This document shows positions 60,300 to 64,000 of a stretch of 64,000 nucleotides of DNA, one piece after another. Position numbers and translations under genes: made by a program. Source of the stretch: Pedosphaera sp. Its GTDB lineage: Bacteria; Verrucomicrobiota; Verrucomicrobiia; Limisphaerales; SIBH01. The DNA lies in the NCBI GenBank assembly GCA_031414955.1, contig JANOQV010000149.1, positions 1 to 64,000 on the forward strand, read 5' to 3'. A model generated the notes under the pieces. It was not told where the DNA came from. It did not search any database and worked only from the letters and a program-made list of their open reading frames with translations. Each line of letters starts with the position of its first letter. The first letter of the stretch is position 1.

Positions 60300-62660
60300 A
60301 TGATTGTCACGAAATCGTTTCCTGCTTCGCCGCGTTTGACAGGCTCACTCGGGCAACTCCGGCGTGCATTTTTCCTCATCGCCGCGCTGGTGATGGCTGC
60401 GCTGGTGGAACAGACCCACGCCGCCGCGCCGCACCGCTACGACCATGTGGTGGTGGTCATCGAGGAGAACCGCAGTGTGACCCAAATCATCGGCGACCTG
60501 GTGAATGCGCCCTACATCAACTCGCTGGCCAACTCGGGTGTGAAGCTGGGCAGCATGTTCGCCATCACACATCCCAGCCAGCCCAACTACCTCGAACTGT
60601 TCGCGGGCGGGAACCAGGGCGTGATCGATGACAACTTGCCGCCGAATTTCTCCACCACCCCGACCAGCACCTATCCGTTTCGCACCTTGAACCTGGGTTA
60701 TGAAATCATCACGGCGGGATTCACCTTCGCCGGCTACAGCGACGAACTGGAGAGCGCGGGCGCGACGGATTGGGCGGACTACGATCCTCACTCCGCCACC
60801 CACCCGGGGATTTACTACCGGCGCAAACACAATCCGTGGGCCAACTGGATTGCGAAGGAGTTGCCGCTGGCGAATTACCAGATGACCAGCACGGTCAACC
60901 GGGCCTTCATCGACTTCCCCACCAACTTCGCCCCGGCCAGCTTCGCCGCGCTGCCCACGGTGAGCCTGGTGGTGCCCAATCAGTTGCACGACATGCACGA
61001 CGGAACGCGCAAGCAAGGCGACAACTGGCTGCGCGACAACCTGAACAACTACGCGCTCTGGGCCAGGACGAACAACAGCCTGCTCGTCATCACCTGGGAC
61101 GAGGATGACTTCAACGGCGTGAACCAGATCGCCACCGTGCTGCACGGCGCCGCGCTGCGCGATGGCACCACCGCCGGCGGCACCTGGACGCTGCACAATC
61201 TGCTGCGCACCATCGAGGACATGTACGGCAGCACCAACCACGCTGGCTCCGCCGCGCAGGTGCGCCCGATCGTCGGGCCGTTCGTCGATGATCCGACGGT
61301 GACAACGATCTCTTTCCGTCAGGGCGCGGCTGGCTACACCGGTGCGCTGGATACCCAGGTCTGGGCTGAAACTCCGGCCGCGAACCAGGCCGCCACGGAA
61401 CTCATCACCGCCGACCTCGACACGGTGGGCACCGCCGGCAACCAGGTGGGCCAGGTGCTCATCCGTTTCAATTCCATCTTTGGCAATGGGGCCGGCCAGT
61501 TGCCCACGAATGCCACCGTTCACTCCGCCAAGCTCATCATGTTCACGCCGCTGAGTCCTTCGGGAGCCGACTATGATTCCAGCGATGTCTTCCGGCTGCA
61601 TCGGATGCTGATCGAATGGAGTGACACCGCCACTTGGGACTCATTGGTGGGCGGTGCCGCCACGGACGACATTGAGGCCGCCACCATCGAGAGTTTCGCA
61701 CTCGTGCCGGAAGTGGATGGCGCGCCGGCCATTTTCGACGTGACCGGCGATGTCGATCTGTTCCGCCTCGGCACCACCAATCGCGGCTGGCTCATCCGCC
61801 CCTCCACCAGCGGCACCGGGAACGGCTGGTCGATGGCTTCCAGCGAATGGACCTCGAACCTCGTGCAGCGCCCGACTCTCGAAATCACCTATTCCGTGCC
61901 CACGCCGCCCACGCCGATCACCTTCGTTTCGACGGGGGCCGTCTGGCGTTACCTCGACAACGGCACCGACCAGGGCACGGCCTGGCGGAGCAATAGCTTC
62001 AATGATGCGGCCTGGGCGAGCGGCCCGGCCATGCTCGGCTATGGCGACGCCAATGGAGTTTTGCCGCGCACGACCAACAGCTTTGGTCCGGCTTCGACCA
62101 ACAAGTACATCACCACTTACTACCGCCGCCCGTTCGTCGTGGCCAACGCCGCCAAGGTCCAGTCGCTTTCCGCGCGGCTCCAGCGCGACGATGGCGCGGT
62201 GGTTTACCTGAACGGCGCCGAAGTTTGGCGCCACAACATGCCGGCGGGCACCATCACCAACCTGACCCGCGCCTCGGCCACGGTCAGTGGCGCGGCCGAA
62301 TCGACCTTTTTCGTGAACCCCCTCAGTGCCGGATCGCTCCAGAACGGCACCAACGTGCTGGCCGTGGAGATTCATCAGGATTTGCCCACCAGCAGCGACA
62401 TCGCCTTCGACTTCGAGCTGACTGGCACGGTGGTGCTCTCGAGCCTGCCGACGTTGTCCCTCGCGCGCGCGAATGGCCTCGCCACGTTCCGGTGGCCGGC
62501 GGAGGCGAGCAGCTTCGGTCTGCGTGCCGCGACGAACCTGGTGCCGCCCGTGACTTGGACGGCTGTGACCAACGTGCCCGCGCTCACGAATGGCGCGTGG
62601 ACGGTCGTCCTGCCGGCTCCGGCGGACGGCCCGCGCTTCTACCAGCTCCAGTCGCCGTAA
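60300..62660 (+). CDS. Secreted phosphoesterase (acid phosphatase family) with DNRLRE-like and beta-sandwich domains
   Basis: DHVVVVIEEN, THPSQPNY, RKHNP, DMHDG, ITWDED, LRTIE. Confidence 0.87.
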   Translation: MIVTKSFPASPRLTGSLGQLRRAFFLIAALVMAALVEQTHAAAPHRYDHVVVVIEENRSVTQIIGDLVNAPYINSLANSGVKLGSMFAITHPSQPNYLELFAGGNQGVIDDNLPPNFSTTPTSTYPFRTLNLGYEIITAGFTFAGYSDELESAGATDWADYDPHSATHPGIYYRRKHNPWANWIAKELPLANYQMTSTVNRAFIDFPTNFAPASFAALPTVSLVVPNQLHDMHDGTRKQGDNWLRDNLNNYALWARTNNSLLVITWDEDDFNGVNQIATVLHGAALRDGTTAGGTWTLHNLLRTIEDMYGSTNHAGSAAQVRPIVGPFVDDPTVTTISFRQGAAGYTGALDTQVWAETPAANQAATELITADLDTVGTAGNQVGQVLIRFNSIFGNGAGQLPTNATVHSAKLIMFTPLSPSGADYDSSDVFRLHRMLIEWSDTATWDSLVGGAATDDIEAATIESFALVPEVDGAPAIFDVTGDVDLFRLGTTNRGWLIRPSTSGTGNGWSMASSEWTSNLVQRPTLEITYSVPTPPTPITFVSTGAVWRYLDNGTDQGTAWRSNSFNDAAWASGPAMLGYGDANGVLPRTTNSFGPASTNKYITTYYRRPFVVANAAKVQSLSARLQRDDGAVVYLNGAEVWRHNMPAGTITNLTRASATVSGAAESTFFVNPLSAGSLQNGTNVLAVEIHQDLPTSSDIAFDFELTGTVVLSSLPTLSLARANGLATFRWPAEASSFGLRAATNLVPPVTWTAVTNVPALTNGAWTVVLPAPADGPRFYQLQSP

Positions 62661-62679
62661 CCCTGTGTCTGGGGAATTC

Positions 62680-63540
62680 TCATTCCTCGAACAGCTTTAG
62701 CGGATTCACCTGCGCCGGCAGCACCCGCCCGCCGTCGAACATTTTCTCCAGCCTGCCGCCCCGCCAGCGTCGCAGCCGGTAGAGCGTGCCAAACGTGAAA
62801 TCCGCCGCCGCCCCGCCCTGGCCGCCCGCCACCTCGCCGCCGCGCCGCACGTTGTCGATCATCCAGCCCGGCAACGAGAGATGATACGGGTTCCTCTTCA
62901 CCTCGCCGACGTGGAAGGTCAACGCGGTGATCAAATCACCCAGGTCCGCCGCGCTGACCTCGACCGTCAGGTTCGGCGTCTTCATCGCGCCCCAAAACTC
63001 CGTCTCCACCGCGAAGCACTCGAAACTCGCCGGCAACATCCGCAACGCATCGACCACGAGATGATGCGTGCCGATGTGCGAGCTGTTCCAATCGTCGTCG
63101 TGCGGGAACAAAATCACGCGAGGCTGATGTTGCGAGAGAATGTCGGCGATCACCTTCACCGACTGCGCCCAATACGCCGGCTCCTGCTCGCGACACTTCA
63201 CGTTCACCTTCTCCAGCCCGGCCGGCGCCGTCTGCACCAGCCCGAAGCCGATGCAATCGCAACAGGCCCGCAGCTCGATGAGCCGTTCCGCCTGCCGAGC
63301 CTGGTTGCTGCCCTGCGTCACGGCCACGTTGATCACGTTCCACCGTGCCTCGCGCAACAAGCGTAGCGCCAGCCCGCCGATGATGACCTCGTCGTCGGGA
63401 TGCGGCGAAAAAATCAAAACCTTCGGCGCGTCGGGCGCGATGGTCGGCCGGGCGCATTTTGAAAAACCGCCCAGCGGCCAGCTCTGGCCTTCCTTGGCCA
63501 GCCGGGCGTATGCAGAGACGAAGTGGTGATAGGGGTTCAC
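62680..63540 (-). CDS. PIG-L/LmbE family deacetylase
   Basis: SPHPDDE, R..E, PH.DD....H. Confidence 0.88.
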   Translation of the reverse strand: MNPYHHFVSAYARLAKEGQSWPLGGFSKCARPTIAPDAPKVLIFSPHPDDEVIIGGLALRLLREARWNVINVAVTQGSNQARQAERLIELRACCDCIGFGLVQTAPAGLEKVNVKCREQEPAYWAQSVKVIADILSQHQPRVILFPHDDDWNSSHIGTHHLVVDALRMLPASFECFAVETEFWGAMKTPNLTVEVSAADLGDLITALTFHVGEVKRNPYHLSLPGWMIDNVRRGGEVAGGQGGAAADFTFGTLYRLRRWRGGRLEKMFDGGRVLPAQVNPLKLFEE

Positions 63541-63553
63541 AAATTTTTATTCT

Positions 63554-63856
63554 TCACGTCTGGACATCGACGTCCCCGCGCGCGCCGTGCCAGACGCGGA
63601 CGATGGAAGCGGTTTTGGCCTCGTGGTCGAGGCGATACACAATGCGGTATGAACGGAAAACAAGCTGGCGCCAGGCGGGATCGTTCAGTTCATGCACCAC
63701 GCTGCCGATCTCGGGAAATTCAGCCAGCACTTGGGCCCGGTCGTAAATTCCATAGCCCATCGAACGGGCCGCGTCGGGATTTTGGCGTGCGACATAGCGG
63801 ACCAGCGCGCCGAGGTCGTCACTGGCCCGTTCGGTCCAGATTATTTTGAAAGCCAT
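63554..63856 (-). CDS. RelE/ParE family toxin
   Basis: IIWT..A..DL, L..FPE.G, R.LV...YRIVYR, I.RVWHGAR. Confidence 0.9.
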   Translation of the reverse strand: MAFKIIWTERASDDLGALVRYVARQNPDAARSMGYGIYDRAQVLAEFPEIGSVVHELNDPAWRQLVFRSYRIVYRLDHEAKTASIVRVWHGARGDVDVQT

Positions 63857-64000
63857 GAGTCGAGCCGCCGCTTCATCTCTTCGTTCGACACGACCCGGCC
63901 ATGTTGCAAGTCCTGCTCGCCCTCGCGGACGGCGGCGAGGAAGGCGACTTGCTCGGCGATGTCATGGAAGCTGGCTTCATCCGGCAGGCGATGGACGGCC
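63841..64000 (-). CDS. Cognate antitoxin (5' end outside the window)
   Basis: Hand translation AVHRLPDEASFHDIAEQVAFLAAVREGEQDLQHGRVVSNEEMKRRLDSWLSK*; overlaps the toxin start. Confidence 0.8.
   Translation of the reverse strand, partial: AVHRLPDEASFHDIAEQVAFLAAVREGEQDLQHGRVVSNEEMKRRLDSWLSK

Noticed and set aside
63554..64000. RelE/ParE pair as part of a mobile or defence island
   Set aside because: No flanking repeat or mobility gene visible, and the locus is cut by the window edge

Overview
GC-rich bacterial chromosomal segment, most consistent with a Verrucomicrobiota (Pedosphaera/Limisphaera-like) genome; this is inferred from gene content and repeat style. Core genes: recQ, mfd, purC, dusB, oppABC, secG-tpiA-pgk, hpf, a fabG-like SDR, bioF, dapL and ispH. 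Accessory content: two type II toxin-antitoxin pairs; a partly decayed operon of uncharacterised membrane proteins plus ispH, controlled by a winged-helix regulator with two matching operator/promoter sites; an ECF sigma factor, Ser/Thr kinase and giant secreted repeat protein module; a ceruloplasmin-like two-domain multicopper oxidase; and three large secreted proteins sharing a C-terminal R(F/Y)Y(R/Q) domain. Many small palindromic (REP/REPIN-like) and 7- or 9-nt periodic repeats are present, several inserted in-frame in housekeeping genes. One TA pair is bracketed by a 59-bp duplication of a 3' segment of the neighbouring gene. I recognised no rRNA, tRNA, CRISPR array, integrase or transposase. 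All calls are from motif recognition by eye; no searches were run.
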